From Nitrospirota bacterium (lineage in GTDB: Bacteria; Nitrospirota; JACRHJ01), in NCBI GenBank assembly GCA_963733375.1, contig CAVTDB010000013.1, positions 64,001 through 128,000 on the forward strand: 64,000 nucleotides of DNA. The letters run 5' to 3'. The notes under the pieces are model-generated. The model saw nothing but the letters and a program-made list of their open reading frames with translations, was not told the DNA's origin and searched no databases. Every line of letters starts with the position of its first letter. Positions within the stretch are counted from its first letter, which is position 1. The position numbers were made by a program, and so were the translations under genes. Shown here piece after piece: positions 36,230 to 46,270 of this stretch.

Positions 36230-37492
36230 GTGAAGGAGTACCTGATGCGAAACTATGACGTGGCGATAATCGGCGCTGGCATAAGCGGGCTCTCCTTTGC
36301 CCATTACTGTGCAAAAAGCGGCCTGGAGACCGTCGTCCTGGAGAAATCGGAGAGAGTCGGCGGCTGCTTTCATTCGCACCGGTTCGGCGCGGACCCGAAG
36401 CCGGCCGGCCAGCCGGAAGACTTCTGGCTGGAGCTTGGCGCGCACACCTGCTACAACTCATATGCCTCACTCATAAACGTAATAGAAGAGGCCGGGATAA
36501 TAAAAGAGCTCATCCCTCGGGAGAAGGCGCCGTTTAAAATGCTCTCCGGCGGAAAATTGAAGTCCATCCCCTCGATGCTCAATATTATGGAGCTGATACT
36601 CTCCGCGCCCAGGATGCTCTACGCAAAAAAGGCCGGCGAGACGATGGAGTCCTATTACTCAAAGGTTGTCGGGAAAAAGAACTATTCACGGGTTTTCGGC
36701 CCGGTGTTCGACGCGATAATATCCCAGAACGCGAACGATTTCCCGGCGGACGCTCTATTTAAGAAGCGCCCGCGCAGGAAAGACATATTAAAGAGCTTCA
36801 CCCTCTCCCACGGCCTGTCCACGATAACCGACGCTATCGCGGGAGAGCCGGGCATAACCGTCCTGACGGGGCGCGAAGTTATCTCGGTTGCTAAAGACTC
36901 TGGCGGCTATCTGGTTACGGCCGCGGGAGGGGAGGAAATAAGGTCAAAATATTTGACCTTAGCCGTCCCGCCGCCAGCCGCGGCAAGGGCGCTTCACGCG
37001 GGCTTCCCTGATTTATCCGCGATTCTTGCAAAAATAAAAGTAAAGTCGGTGGAGACGGTGGGCGTACTGCTCCCGAAAGAGGCGTGCAAGCTGGAGCCGG
37101 TGGCCGGGATCATTCCGGCTATCTCATCCGGCCCGTCGGGCGCACCTGGCGAGGGCTTCTTCTCCGGCGTCTCCCGCGACGTCGTAAAAGACAGCCGGTA
37201 CCGAGGCTTTGCATTTCATTTCCGGCCTGGGCTCCTGGACTTAAGCCAGAAGATTGATAAGATTGCGCGGACAATAAATATAAAGCCGGAGCAGATATTA
37301 AAGACCGTGGAAAAGAAAGATAACGTGATCCCGTCTCTGACGCTTGGCCATGACGCATGGGTATTGGAAACGGACAGGCTCCTTTCGGGAAGGAGCCTGT
37401 TTATCACCGGCAATTACTTTAACGGAGTTGCAATAGAGGACTGCGTGACGCGCTCCGCCTTGGAGTTCGCGCGTTTACGCCGCTCTGCGTAA
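36230..37492 (+). CDS. FAD-dependent oxidoreductase, HemY/protoporphyrinogen oxidase-like
   Basis: IIGAGISGLS, ELGAHT, GNYFNGVAIEDCV. Confidence 0.75.
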   Translation: MKEYLMRNYDVAIIGAGISGLSFAHYCAKSGLETVVLEKSERVGGCFHSHRFGADPKPAGQPEDFWLELGAHTCYNSYASLINVIEEAGIIKELIPREKAPFKMLSGGKLKSIPSMLNIMELILSAPRMLYAKKAGETMESYYSKVVGKKNYSRVFGPVFDAIISQNANDFPADALFKKRPRRKDILKSFTLSHGLSTITDAIAGEPGITVLTGREVISVAKDSGGYLVTAAGGEEIRSKYLTLAVPPPAAARALHAGFPDLSAILAKIKVKSVETVGVLLPKEACKLEPVAGIIPAISSGPSGAPGEGFFSGVSRDVVKDSRYRGFAFHFRPGLLDLSQKIDKIARTINIKPEQILKTVEKKDNVIPSLTLGHDAWVLETDRLLSGRSLFITGNYFNGVAIEDCVTRSALEFARLRRSA

Positions 37493-37960
37493 CTTCTCCA
37501 CCTCTTCCACTACCTCAGGCTTTGTTGCCGGAGGACTGACCGCGACCCCTTCGACATATACCATCTCGCCGCCCAGCCAGCCGGAAACCAGAAGCGCCGC
37601 GATGCCCGCTATGGACAGGATAAACGGCGTAACCGCGACCGGCGTGCCTATCGTCCGCAGATAGAAGTTGACGACGAACAGGACCGTTATCGACAGGTTC
37701 AGCCCGAGGTGCCAGTATCCTATCGTCCTCGCCCGCGTCCCTTGCGGGATGGCAAACAGGTCAATCAGGCCGAAAACGGCGGCAGTCAGGGCGCCGATTA
37801 TGCCGATGCCCATGGCGTAATATGCCGCCGGAGCCCATGCCGCGCCCCCGCCGGCCCTTAAGACTATGTCGCAAACCAGAGAAAACACCCACATGCCTAT
37901 CGGCAGGGCGACAAGCATCGTGTGGATGGGGTGCTTTGCAATTGTTGCCCTCGCGTACAT
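37475..37960 (-). CDS. DUF2231 membrane protein
   Basis: HPIHTMLVALPIG, WHLGLN, GWLGGEMVY. Confidence 0.82.
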   Translation of the reverse strand: MYARATIAKHPIHTMLVALPIGMWVFSLVCDIVLRAGGGAAWAPAAYYAMGIGIIGALTAAVFGLIDLFAIPQGTRARTIGYWHLGLNLSITVLFVVNFYLRTIGTPVAVTPFILSIAGIAALLVSGWLGGEMVYVEGVAVSPPATKPEVVEEVEKLRRAA

Positions 37961-38137
37961 CTCATGGCTCCTTTTGTAAAGAAAGGGTTTAAAATGCCCC
38001 TTTACAAGGGCTTACCTATAAATTATAGCATTTATTATTAATAAGTGCAGGAGGCGGTGAGTGCATAACTTTCTTGTTTAATTCCGGAAAATAGGTTAAT
38101 ATGGTCGTCTGATCGCCACTTAACATTAACTCAGGGA

Positions 38138-38863
38138 GTGGAAATGAAGCGTATTTTTTTCTTAATCGTGTGCATGACGGCTGTTTTATTTTTTTCAACG
38201 TCTGCCTTCTGCAAGGTGACCTCAAAGAAGGCGCCCGTCAATCCCGTCGCTAAAAAGGGTGTGCCCGTCCTGTCCGGAAAAGTGGTCGAGACCATGGACG
38301 CCGGCGGATACACATATGCGAAGATAGAGTCCGAGGGCAAGAGCCTCTGGCTGGCCATGCCTACGACCAAGTTGAAAGTCGGGCAGGATTATACCTTCAA
38401 TCCCGGGCAAGAGATGCAGAACTTCAAAAGCGAGGCATTGAAGCGGACTTTCGACAAGATAATATTTACCAATGGGCTTTTGGTCCTCCCCGGCACGGAG
38501 GAGTACAGGGCCAAAAATAAAGCAAAAACTTCCGTAAAGGTAAAGGTAGAGAAGGCCAAGGGTTCCGAGGCCCATACGGTAGCCGAGCTCTATCGGGATA
38601 AGGCGTCCCTTGGCGGGAAGAAGGTTTCGGTACGCGGGAAGGTAGTAAAGGTATCGATGCAAATAATGGGGAAGAACTGGGTGCATCTCCAGGATGGTAC
38701 TGGCTCCCCGGAAAAAGGCACGAATGACTTGGTCGTTACGACAGACCAGACCCCCAACATCGGCGATGTCGTTACCGCGACCGGCATGGTCGCCGCGGAC
38801 AAGGACTTCGGGTACGGTTACAAGTATGAAGTGATAATGGAGCAGGCAGAAATAAAGAAGTGA
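38138..38863 (+). CDS. Exported tandem OB-fold protein (NrfJ-like)
   Basis: Signal peptide, GKVVETMDAGGYTY, IMGKNWVHLQDGTG, KDFGYGY. Confidence 0.75.
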   Translation: MEMKRIFFLIVCMTAVLFFSTSAFCKVTSKKAPVNPVAKKGVPVLSGKVVETMDAGGYTYAKIESEGKSLWLAMPTTKLKVGQDYTFNPGQEMQNFKSEALKRTFDKIIFTNGLLVLPGTEEYRAKNKAKTSVKVKVEKAKGSEAHTVAELYRDKASLGGKKVSVRGKVVKVSMQIMGKNWVHLQDGTGSPEKGTNDLVVTTDQTPNIGDVVTATGMVAADKDFGYGYKYEVIMEQAEIKK

Positions 38864-38887
38864 AATCTTTTGTTACTTTCTTCACCT

Positions 38888-39020
38888 GGGAGTAACAAAA
38901 AAATAGCACGGTTTACCTTCGACTGCATCTCGTCTCCGATACCGGGCCCGGTATCGGAGACGGTTATTGCCGCAATCCCCCCGTCCGGCGTTTCCGCTTT
39001 TACCTTCACCTTACCGCCCT
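38888..39020 (-). pseudogene. Histidine kinase HATPase remnant
   Basis: GGKVKVKA..ITVSDTGPGI (G1 box) without the rest of the gene. Confidence 0.55.
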
Positions 39021-39104
39021 GAAGATGGGTTTGACGCATTACCTCAGTCGGCTATACTCTTAAATTGTGACATGTATTATCTTCGTCCGACAAGGGGAAA
39101 ATCC

Positions 39105-40166
39105 ATGCGTATCGCCCAGGTTTCACCGCTTTACGAGAGCGTGCCGCCCAAGCTTTACGGGGGGACCGAGCGTGTCGTATCGTATCTGACCGAAGAACTC
39201 GTAAGGCAGGGGCATGACGTTACCCTCTTTGCCAGCGGGGATTCCGTTACCTCCGCCAGGCTCGTCTCGCCGTGCAAAAAGTCGCTCCGGCTGGATACAT
39301 CCTGCCTGGACTATATCTCTCACCACGTGCTCATGCTTGAGCAGGCGCTAAAGATGCAGGACGAGTTCGATATCATACATTTCCATATCGATTACATCCA
39401 CTACCCGACCGTCCGGAGGACGTCCGTCCCTACTGTCACCACGCTCCACGGAAGGCAGGACCTGCCGGACTTGAAGGCCCTCTACGAGGAGTTCGACGAC
39501 GTGCCGGTAATATCCATCTCCGATTCTCAAAGGCGTCCGATACCGCACGTGAACTGGCAGGGCACGGTCTATCACGGCCTGTCCCCGTCGCTTTATTCAT
39601 TCAGCCGGAGCCCGGGGAAATATCTTGCTTTTTTGGGCAGGATATCGCCGGAGAAGCGGCTCGACAGGGCGATAGAGATCGCGCGGCGCGCAGGCATGGA
39701 GCTTCGGATTGCGGCCAAGGTGGACAAGGCGGACCAGGCTTATTTCGACCGCGAGATAAAGCCTCATCTGAACCACAGAGGCGTCATTTTCCTGGGCGAG
39801 ATAGGGGAGGACCAGAAGGAGGATTTCCTTAGCAACGCCCTGGCGCTTCTTTTCCCCATAGACTGGCCGGAGCCCTTCGGGCTTGTGATGATAGAGTCCT
39901 TCGCTTGCGGGACGCCCGTAATCGCTTACCCGCAGGGTTCAGTCCCGGAGGTTATAGACGACGGCGTTACCGGGTTCATCTGCGAGGATATCGACCAGGC
40001 GGTGGCCGCGGTGCAGCGCGCGGCGGATTTCGACAGGCTCTCCTGCAGGAAGCGCTTCGAGGAGCGGTTCTCATCAGGCAGGATGGCGGAAGATTATTTT
40101 AAAATTTATCAGCGGCTGGCCGCGCCGGCCAGAAAGCAAACCGTTACCTTTTTTGGAAAAAGGTAA
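39105..40166 (+). CDS. Glycosyltransferase family 4
   Basis: VPPKLYGGTERVV, LGRISPEK, EPFGLVMIES. Confidence 0.9.
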   Translation: MRIAQVSPLYESVPPKLYGGTERVVSYLTEELVRQGHDVTLFASGDSVTSARLVSPCKKSLRLDTSCLDYISHHVLMLEQALKMQDEFDIIHFHIDYIHYPTVRRTSVPTVTTLHGRQDLPDLKALYEEFDDVPVISISDSQRRPIPHVNWQGTVYHGLSPSLYSFSRSPGKYLAFLGRISPEKRLDRAIEIARRAGMELRIAAKVDKADQAYFDREIKPHLNHRGVIFLGEIGEDQKEDFLSNALALLFPIDWPEPFGLVMIESFACGTPVIAYPQGSVPEVIDDGVTGFICEDIDQAVAAVQRAADFDRLSCRKRFEERFSSGRMAEDYFKIYQRLAAPARKQTVTFFGKR

Positions 40167-40268
40167 CACCAAAAACTTTTAAATTTTTCCGCTTTCTTTT
40201 GGTTACTTTTCTTTCACGTGAAAAGATTTATCTGTCCAGAGCGAAGCGAAGACAGAAAGAAAAGTAAC
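40138..40268. repeat. Double-hairpin repeat, copy H, with nested mini-repeat
   Basis: Both hairpins present; mini-repeat 40225-40255 inside the second. Confidence 0.85.
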
Positions 40269-40278
40269 AGGGATTTAG

Positions 40279-42447
40279 ATGAAAGACCTGATACAGGTAG
40301 GCGACCAGTTCTACGTGCTGGCGACCTCCGCCATGGCGGACGACCGCACGCGGGTACTGAAGGAAGGCGACACCTTCGCCGTCTTCGACCGCTACGGCGA
40401 TATCTCTCCGCTTGGCCGGGGAGAGCAGGGGCTCTACCACGAGAGCACACGTTTCTTAAGCCGCCTGGAGCTGCGCCTCGGGGCGTCCAGGCCGCTTCTG
40501 CTCGAATCCACCGTCCACGCGGACAACAGCCAGCTCACCGCCGACATGATGAATCCGGACATAAATATAGGCGAGGGGCTCCTCGCGATAAGGCGCGGCA
40601 TGATACACCTCTTCCGCCAGAAGTTCCTCTGGAAGGGGACGTGCTTCGAGCGCTTCCGTTTGTTAAACCACGGCATGGACACGGTGGAGATACCGTTCAT
40701 ACTGTATTTCGGCGCAGACTTCACTGACCTGTTCGAGGTGCGCGGGATGAGGCGGGAGAAAAGGGGCGAGATATACCCGCCGGAAGTGGAAGGCGGGGCG
40801 GTCAAGTTCCGCTACTTAGGCGTGGACGGAGTGACAAGGACGTTGTACCTGGAGCCGTCTTTCAAGCCCGAACAGTTGACCGCCTCTCATCTGGAGGCGG
40901 ACCTGAAGCTTGCCCCGCAGGAGCAGACCGAGATGATGGTGACGTACCGCTGCGAGACGGGAGGCAGGGTTTTCCCCCGCACCACCTTCAGCCATGCGTT
41001 CCGGGAAGCGGAGGAGCGACGGGTTGCGGTAAACTCCAACTTCAGCTCCATCGAGACTTCCAACCAGCAGTTCAACGACCTGCTCGGGCGCTCACTTGCG
41101 GACACTCAGATGCTCATTACCGATACCGAACACGGCCCGTACCCGTACGCCGGCGTCCCGTGGTACAGCACGGTCTTCGGCAGGGACGGGATTATTACCG
41201 CGATGGAATGCCTCTGGCTGAACCCTCACGTCGCGCAGGGCGTGCTGGGCTACCTTGCCGATACCCAAGCAGACAAAGACGACCCGGAGAAAGACGCGGA
41301 GCCGGGCAAGATACTGCACGAGACGAGGATAGGCGAGATGGCCGCCGCCGGAGAGATACCTTTCGGCAGGTATTACGGAAGCGTGGACTCGACTCCGCTC
41401 TTCGTGATGCTTGCCGGGGCTTATTACCAGCGGACGGGGGACAGGGATTTCATATCGAGGATATGGCCGAACATAGAGCGGGCGCTGGAATGGATTGACT
41501 CTTACGGCGACGCCGACGGGGACGGCTTTGTCGAGTATCTCCAGCGCTCCAAAATGGGCTTGGGCAACCAGGGCTGGAAGGACTCCCCCGACAGCGTAAT
41601 GCATGCGGACGGGAAAAAGGCCGAAGGGCCTATCGCGCTCTGCGAGGTTCAGGGATACGTTTTTTCCGCGAAACGCGCGGCGGCGGAAATGGCCGCGCTG
41701 CTGGGCCTGAATTCGCGCGCGGAGCTTCTGAGACGTCAGGCGAAAGCCCTGAAGCGGAACTTCGAAAAAAGCTTCTGGATACCGGGACTTAATACCTATG
41801 CCCTCGCGCTGGACGGGAAGAAAAACCAGTGCCGGGTGAAGTCCTCGAACGCCGGACACTGCCTGTACTCTAAGATTGCCGACGCACAGCACGCGCGGAA
41901 GGTGGTCGAGGTGATGTTCGCGGAGGACATGTTCACCGGCTGGGGGATAAGGACGCTCTCCTCGTCCGAGACCCGCTACAACCCGATGTCTTATCACAAC
42001 GGCTCCATCTGGCCGCACGACAACGCAATGGTAGGCGCGGGGCTCGCGTATTACGGGTTTAAGGAGCAGGCGGTGGCGGTGCTTACCGGCCTTTTCGAGG
42101 TGAGCCAGTCTATCGAGCTCTCCCGCCTTCCGGAGCTTTTCTGCGGGTTCCACAGGAGGCAGGGCCAGGGGCCTGTGCGGTATCCGGTCGCCTGCTCGCC
42201 CCAGGCATGGGCGGCAGGGGCCATATTCCTGCTCCTTCAGGCCTGCCTCGGCATGACTATTGACGCCCCCAGGGGCCGCGTCCGCTTCGACAACCCCCTG
42301 CTCCCGGACTGGATTGAGCTGATGAACGTGCGGGGCCTGAAGGTCGGCTCCTCTTCGCTGGATTTGATGTTCCAGAGGCGGGACAAGGACGTCTCGGTGA
42401 ACGTCGTGTCCCGCAAAGGCCCGGTCGAGGTTATCGTCGTGAAATAA
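40279..42447 (+). CDS. Amylo-alpha-1,6-glucosidase / glycogen debranching family
   Basis: AGVPWYSTVFGRD, EPGKILHE, NQGWKDS, YHNGSIWPHD. Confidence 0.9.
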   Translation: MKDLIQVGDQFYVLATSAMADDRTRVLKEGDTFAVFDRYGDISPLGRGEQGLYHESTRFLSRLELRLGASRPLLLESTVHADNSQLTADMMNPDINIGEGLLAIRRGMIHLFRQKFLWKGTCFERFRLLNHGMDTVEIPFILYFGADFTDLFEVRGMRREKRGEIYPPEVEGGAVKFRYLGVDGVTRTLYLEPSFKPEQLTASHLEADLKLAPQEQTEMMVTYRCETGGRVFPRTTFSHAFREAEERRVAVNSNFSSIETSNQQFNDLLGRSLADTQMLITDTEHGPYPYAGVPWYSTVFGRDGIITAMECLWLNPHVAQGVLGYLADTQADKDDPEKDAEPGKILHETRIGEMAAAGEIPFGRYYGSVDSTPLFVMLAGAYYQRTGDRDFISRIWPNIERALEWIDSYGDADGDGFVEYLQRSKMGLGNQGWKDSPDSVMHADGKKAEGPIALCEVQGYVFSAKRAAAEMAALLGLNSRAELLRRQAKALKRNFEKSFWIPGLNTYALALDGKKNQCRVKSSNAGHCLYSKIADAQHARKVVEVMFAEDMFTGWGIRTLSSSETRYNPMSYHNGSIWPHDNAMVGAGLAYYGFKEQAVAVLTGLFEVSQSIELSRLPELFCGFHRRQGQGPVRYPVACSPQAWAAGAIFLLLQACLGMTIDAPRGRVRFDNPLLPDWIELMNVRGLKVGSSSLDLMFQRRDKDVSVNVVSRKGPVEVIVVK

Positions 42448-42487
42448 TTAATCCACCCTCCATCCCGATAAATTTGCAAATTCAATC

Positions 42488-42545
42488 TTGACAGATGCGG
42501 TTATTTTAATTATCTTTTATTTCATGACCAAATAGATCGGGATTA
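42488..42545 (+). promoter_or_regulatory. sigma70 promoter plus putative Rrf2 (CymR/IscR-like) operator
   Basis: TTGACA-N17-TATCTT then TTCATGACCAAATAGATCGGGATTA. Confidence 0.45.
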
Positions 42546-42672
42546 CTTCCACTCGCGCGAAATGCGCAAAGTTATGATAACCTTTACACTTGAGGGAAGC
42601 GCTCCTGGAAAGAAAAGGCGGGGGCGGCAAAAGGAGGAAACGATGGAATTATCCGTTGCCGGAGGAAAGACG

Positions 42673-43630
42673 ATGGGAATTTACGCCGATAACTCGCTGA
42701 CGATAGGAAATACGCCGCTTGTAGAGCTGAACAAGATCGTATCCGGCTGCAAGGCGAGGATATTAGCCAAAATCGAGGCCAGGAACCCGTCCTTCTCCGT
42801 CAAGTGCCGCATAGGGGCGGCTATGATATGGGATGCGGAGGAAAGGGGAATATTAAAGCCCGGGCGTCGAGATAATCGAGCCGACATCCGGCAATACCGG
42901 TATCGCGCTGGCGTTCGTCGCCGCCGTCCGGGGCTATAAGCTGAGCCTGATGATGCCGGAGACGATGAGCCTCGAGAGGCGGCGGGTGCTGGCCGCGCTC
43001 GGCGCGAACCTCATCCTTACCCCGGGCGCGGAGGGCATGCCCGGCGCGGTGCGTCACGCCACGGAGATGGCGGAAGGCGACCCGGAGCGGTGGTTCATGC
43101 CCCAGCAGTTCAAGAACCCCGCGAACCCCGCCATCCATGAGAAGACTACCGGCCCGGAGATATGGGAGGATACCGGGGGCCAGGTGGACGTCCTGGTTTC
43201 CGGCGTGGGGACGGGCGGCACAATCACGGGAGCGTCCCGGTATATAAAGGGCATAAAGGGGAAGAAAATTCTGTCCGTGGCCATCGAGCCCGCAACCAGC
43301 CCCGTGATAACCCAGCACCTCTCCGGCCAGGAGATAAAGCCGGGTCCGCACAAAATTCAGGGCATTGGCGCGGGTTTCATCCCGGACACGCTGGACCTGT
43401 CCCTGGTTGACAGGGTGGAACTGGTCGAGGACGCCGAGGCAATCGAGTACGCCAGGCGGCTGATGAAGCAGGAGGGAATACTCTGCGGGATATCCTCCGG
43501 CGCGGCCGCGGCTGTCGCGGTGCGTCTTGGCCGGATGGACGAGTTCGAGGGCAAGATTATCGTCGCCGTGCTCCCGGACGCGGGAGAGAGATACCTCTCG
43601 ACGCTGCTTTTTGAGGGGATAGGAATTTAA
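42673..43630 (+). CDS. cysK: Cysteine synthase A, frameshifted near 42870
   Basis: [33 protein letters not shown]. Confidence 0.92.
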
Positions 43631-43643
43631 GGCAAATTCGTCA

Positions 43644-43718
43644 GTTTTTTCTTTAGGGAAATGATTTATCTGTCCAGAGCGATAGCGAAGACAGAAAGAA
43701 AAGTAATCAAAAGAAACC
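43644..43718. repeat. Degenerate hairpin repeat with nested mini-repeat
   Basis: GATTTATCTGTCCAGAGCGATAGCGAAGACAG-AAAGAAAAGTAATCAAAAGAAAC. Confidence 0.75.
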
Positions 43719-43764
43719 GGGACTGTCCGGCTCTCGCCGCAATAATCCTGACCCCAGCGCAAAC

Positions 43765-43794
43765 AAAAAAGGGGAGGCCAATCGGCCTCCCCTT
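43765..43794 (-). terminator. Intrinsic terminator of cytochrome operon
   Basis: GGGGAGGCC-N4-GGCCTCCCC with T6 on minus strand. Confidence 0.75.
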
Positions 43795-43811
43795 CGAGTA
43801 TATCACAAGGA

Positions 43812-45107
43812 CTATCTGTTCTTGACCGGGTTTACCCTGTCGTAACCTCTCTGCACGTGGCAGCCGACGACGCACGACCCGCCGTTTGGCGTCTTGGTGT
43901 ATCGTATCGGGTAGCTCAGCTTGCCGAACGGCACCCTCTCGCGGATATGGTTCGCCTGCTTGCCCGCGTGCACTTCATGGCAGGCCCTGCATGTGCGGCC
44001 CTTGGGGTTTTTGTTTACGTGCACGAAGTGCAGGTTCTTGTCCCCGTTCCTGAAGCCGGTGAGCGTGGTGGTGAATTCCTCCACCGCGAGGTCCTTGTTA
44101 TGGCAGGTAAAGCATAGTCCGTATTTGTCGGTCGAATACGCGGTATAAAAATCCTGCGGGAAGGTGTTTATCAGTATTCGCCGGTAGTCGGAGCCGTGCG
44201 GGTTGTGGCAGCCGGTGCAGTCGCCGCTGCGTACCGGGCCGTGCTTGTCCGGATTGTCGTCAAGCCACGCCTTCATGTTGATCAGGTTGCCGAGCGGCTT
44301 GTTATGGCAGCTCAGGCAGAGGTCCTTGCCGCCCGCCTTCAAGAGGGGCTCGAAGTTCGAGACGTGAGGCTCGTGGCAGTTCAGGCAGGAGCCTTCCATC
44401 TGTACGGGCTTATGCGGGAACTTCACCTTGCTGATATATTCCTTCTTATCCTGGTGACATTTATAGCAGAGGTCCGGCGGCGCCAGCAACAGCTGGTATT
44501 TGTATGGCGAGCCGTGCGGGCTGTGGCAGTTCGTGCAGCGGTCCGCCACCGGCGGGTGTATCTCTTTTCCCGCCGCGAACTCGTCCTTCTTGTCCACATG
44601 GCAGGTGTAGCACAGGTCGTTCCCCGCAGCGATAAGCTGGTACTGGTTCGGGGAGGTATGCGGGTCATGGCAGGCGATGCAGTCGCCGGCCGCGGCCGGG
44701 CCGTGAACGAACTTCTGCTTTACCTTTTCGTCGTCGTGGCACTTGAAGCAGAGGTCGGAGCCTTCCGCCAACAACTGGAACTTGAAAGGAGAGCTGTGCG
44801 GACTATGGCAGGCCGTGCAGTCCCCGGAAGCGACGGGCCCATGGACGTGGGCCATCGTATTTTTCTTGTCGTGGCACTGATAGCAGAGGTCGGAGCCCTC
44901 CGCCGCCAACTTGAACTTATGCTTGCCCGGCGCCGCTACGTGGCAGTCCTCGCATTCATATGACGCGGTCGGGCCGTGCACGAACTTGTTGTCTATTAAC
45001 TTGGCGTGGCAATTCTTGGCGATACAGCTCTGGTCCGCGAACGCAGGATACGCCATCGCCGCAAAAAGCGCGGCGGACATGGCCAGGACGGCCAGCTTTC
45101 CCCTCAT
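43812..45107 (-). CDS. Periplasmic multiheme cytochrome c (paired CXXCH repeats)
   Basis: Signal peptide; 13 CxxCH plus CIAKNCH and CVVGCH. Confidence 0.92.
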   Translation of the reverse strand: MRGKLAVLAMSAALFAAMAYPAFADQSCIAKNCHAKLIDNKFVHGPTASYECEDCHVAAPGKHKFKLAAEGSDLCYQCHDKKNTMAHVHGPVASGDCTACHSPHSSPFKFQLLAEGSDLCFKCHDDEKVKQKFVHGPAAAGDCIACHDPHTSPNQYQLIAAGNDLCYTCHVDKKDEFAAGKEIHPPVADRCTNCHSPHGSPYKYQLLLAPPDLCYKCHQDKKEYISKVKFPHKPVQMEGSCLNCHEPHVSNFEPLLKAGGKDLCLSCHNKPLGNLINMKAWLDDNPDKHGPVRSGDCTGCHNPHGSDYRRILINTFPQDFYTAYSTDKYGLCFTCHNKDLAVEEFTTTLTGFRNGDKNLHFVHVNKNPKGRTCRACHEVHAGKQANHIRERVPFGKLSYPIRYTKTPNGGSCVVGCHVQRGYDRVNPVKNR

Positions 45108-45165
45108 CTTAATACTCCCTTTCTAAAATAAATCCTGAAGCGACTTCATGAAACGCCTGCAAGCA

Positions 45166-46233
45166 TCAACCGGCGCCGCCATACGAGTGGAGGCCGGAGA
45201 GCAGGAGGTTAACACCCAGATATGTAAATATTACGGCCAGGAAACCAACCATCGAAAGGACTGCCGCGCGCTTGCCCTTCCAGCCGCGGGTAAGCCGGGC
45301 ATGGAGATAGGCCGCATAGACGAGCCATGTAATAAGCGACCAGGTCTCTTTCGGGTCCCAGCCCCAGTAGGTGCCCCATGCCTTGTTCGCCCAGACGGCG
45401 CCCGTGATGATGCCCACGGTCAAAAGCGGGAAGCCCATCATGATAGTCTTGTAGCCGACGTCGTCCAGCGTATCGGCCGTGTTGGCAAGGCCCAGTATCC
45501 TGTTGCGGATACTGGCCCCGAAAAGCCAGCATAGAAGCACTATGACAAAAGTTCCGATATAGCTCAGGACCCTTACTACCGGAATACCGCTCCTGAAGGT
45601 GCCTTCCAGCATGTGCTGGCCGCCTGACATCGGAAGGACAACGAAGTCTATCCCCACCGCCACGATGACCGTTATCAGAAGGCCGACGCAGACGGTCCAG
45701 AATACATAGACCGGCTCTTTTTTGTCCGTAGTGATGATCAGGTACATCAGGCTTACGCCGAAGGAGACGGCGAACGCGGCGTAACCAAGGAAGGAGGTGA
45801 TGACGTGGATGGCCAGCCAGTAGCTTTTCAGGGCCGGCACGAGCGGCTCGATGTCTTTGGAGATGTTCGGCGCGACGAATATGTACGTCATGGCCAGGAA
45901 GGCCACCGGCATGACGAACGCCCCGAAGGTCCTGTTCTTGTAGCGCCACTCGACTATGATGTAGATGAGGATGATGGTCCAGGCCCCGAACGACATGGAC
46001 TCGAACAGGTTCGAAACTGGAATATGCCCTATGTCCGCGCCTATCTGGTAGGACTCCCACCACCTGATGCCGATGGAGGCGGTATGGGACAGAAAGCCGA
46101 AGTAGGTTATCCCGGAGGCGATCTTACCCACCGTCTGGCTCTTGAACACCAGGTAGGCCAGGTAGAAGACCATCGCGAACAGATAGGACATGGTCGCAAT
46201 CTTGAAAAAAGTGATGTTTATCTCATATGTCAT
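45166..46233 (-). CDS. ccsA: System II cytochrome c synthase CcsA/ResC
   Basis: WGTYWGWDPKETW WWD domain, WLAIHV, GLHSY. Confidence 0.92.
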   Translation of the reverse strand: MTYEINITFFKIATMSYLFAMVFYLAYLVFKSQTVGKIASGITYFGFLSHTASIGIRWWESYQIGADIGHIPVSNLFESMSFGAWTIILIYIIVEWRYKNRTFGAFVMPVAFLAMTYIFVAPNISKDIEPLVPALKSYWLAIHVITSFLGYAAFAVSFGVSLMYLIITTDKKEPVYVFWTVCVGLLITVIVAVGIDFVVLPMSGGQHMLEGTFRSGIPVVRVLSYIGTFVIVLLCWLFGASIRNRILGLANTADTLDDVGYKTIMMGFPLLTVGIITGAVWANKAWGTYWGWDPKETWSLITWLVYAAYLHARLTRGWKGKRAAVLSMVGFLAVIFTYLGVNLLLSGLHSYGGAG

Positions 46234-46270
46234 GATGAATAACCCTCCGGAAATACTTCAGCCTTTTCGA

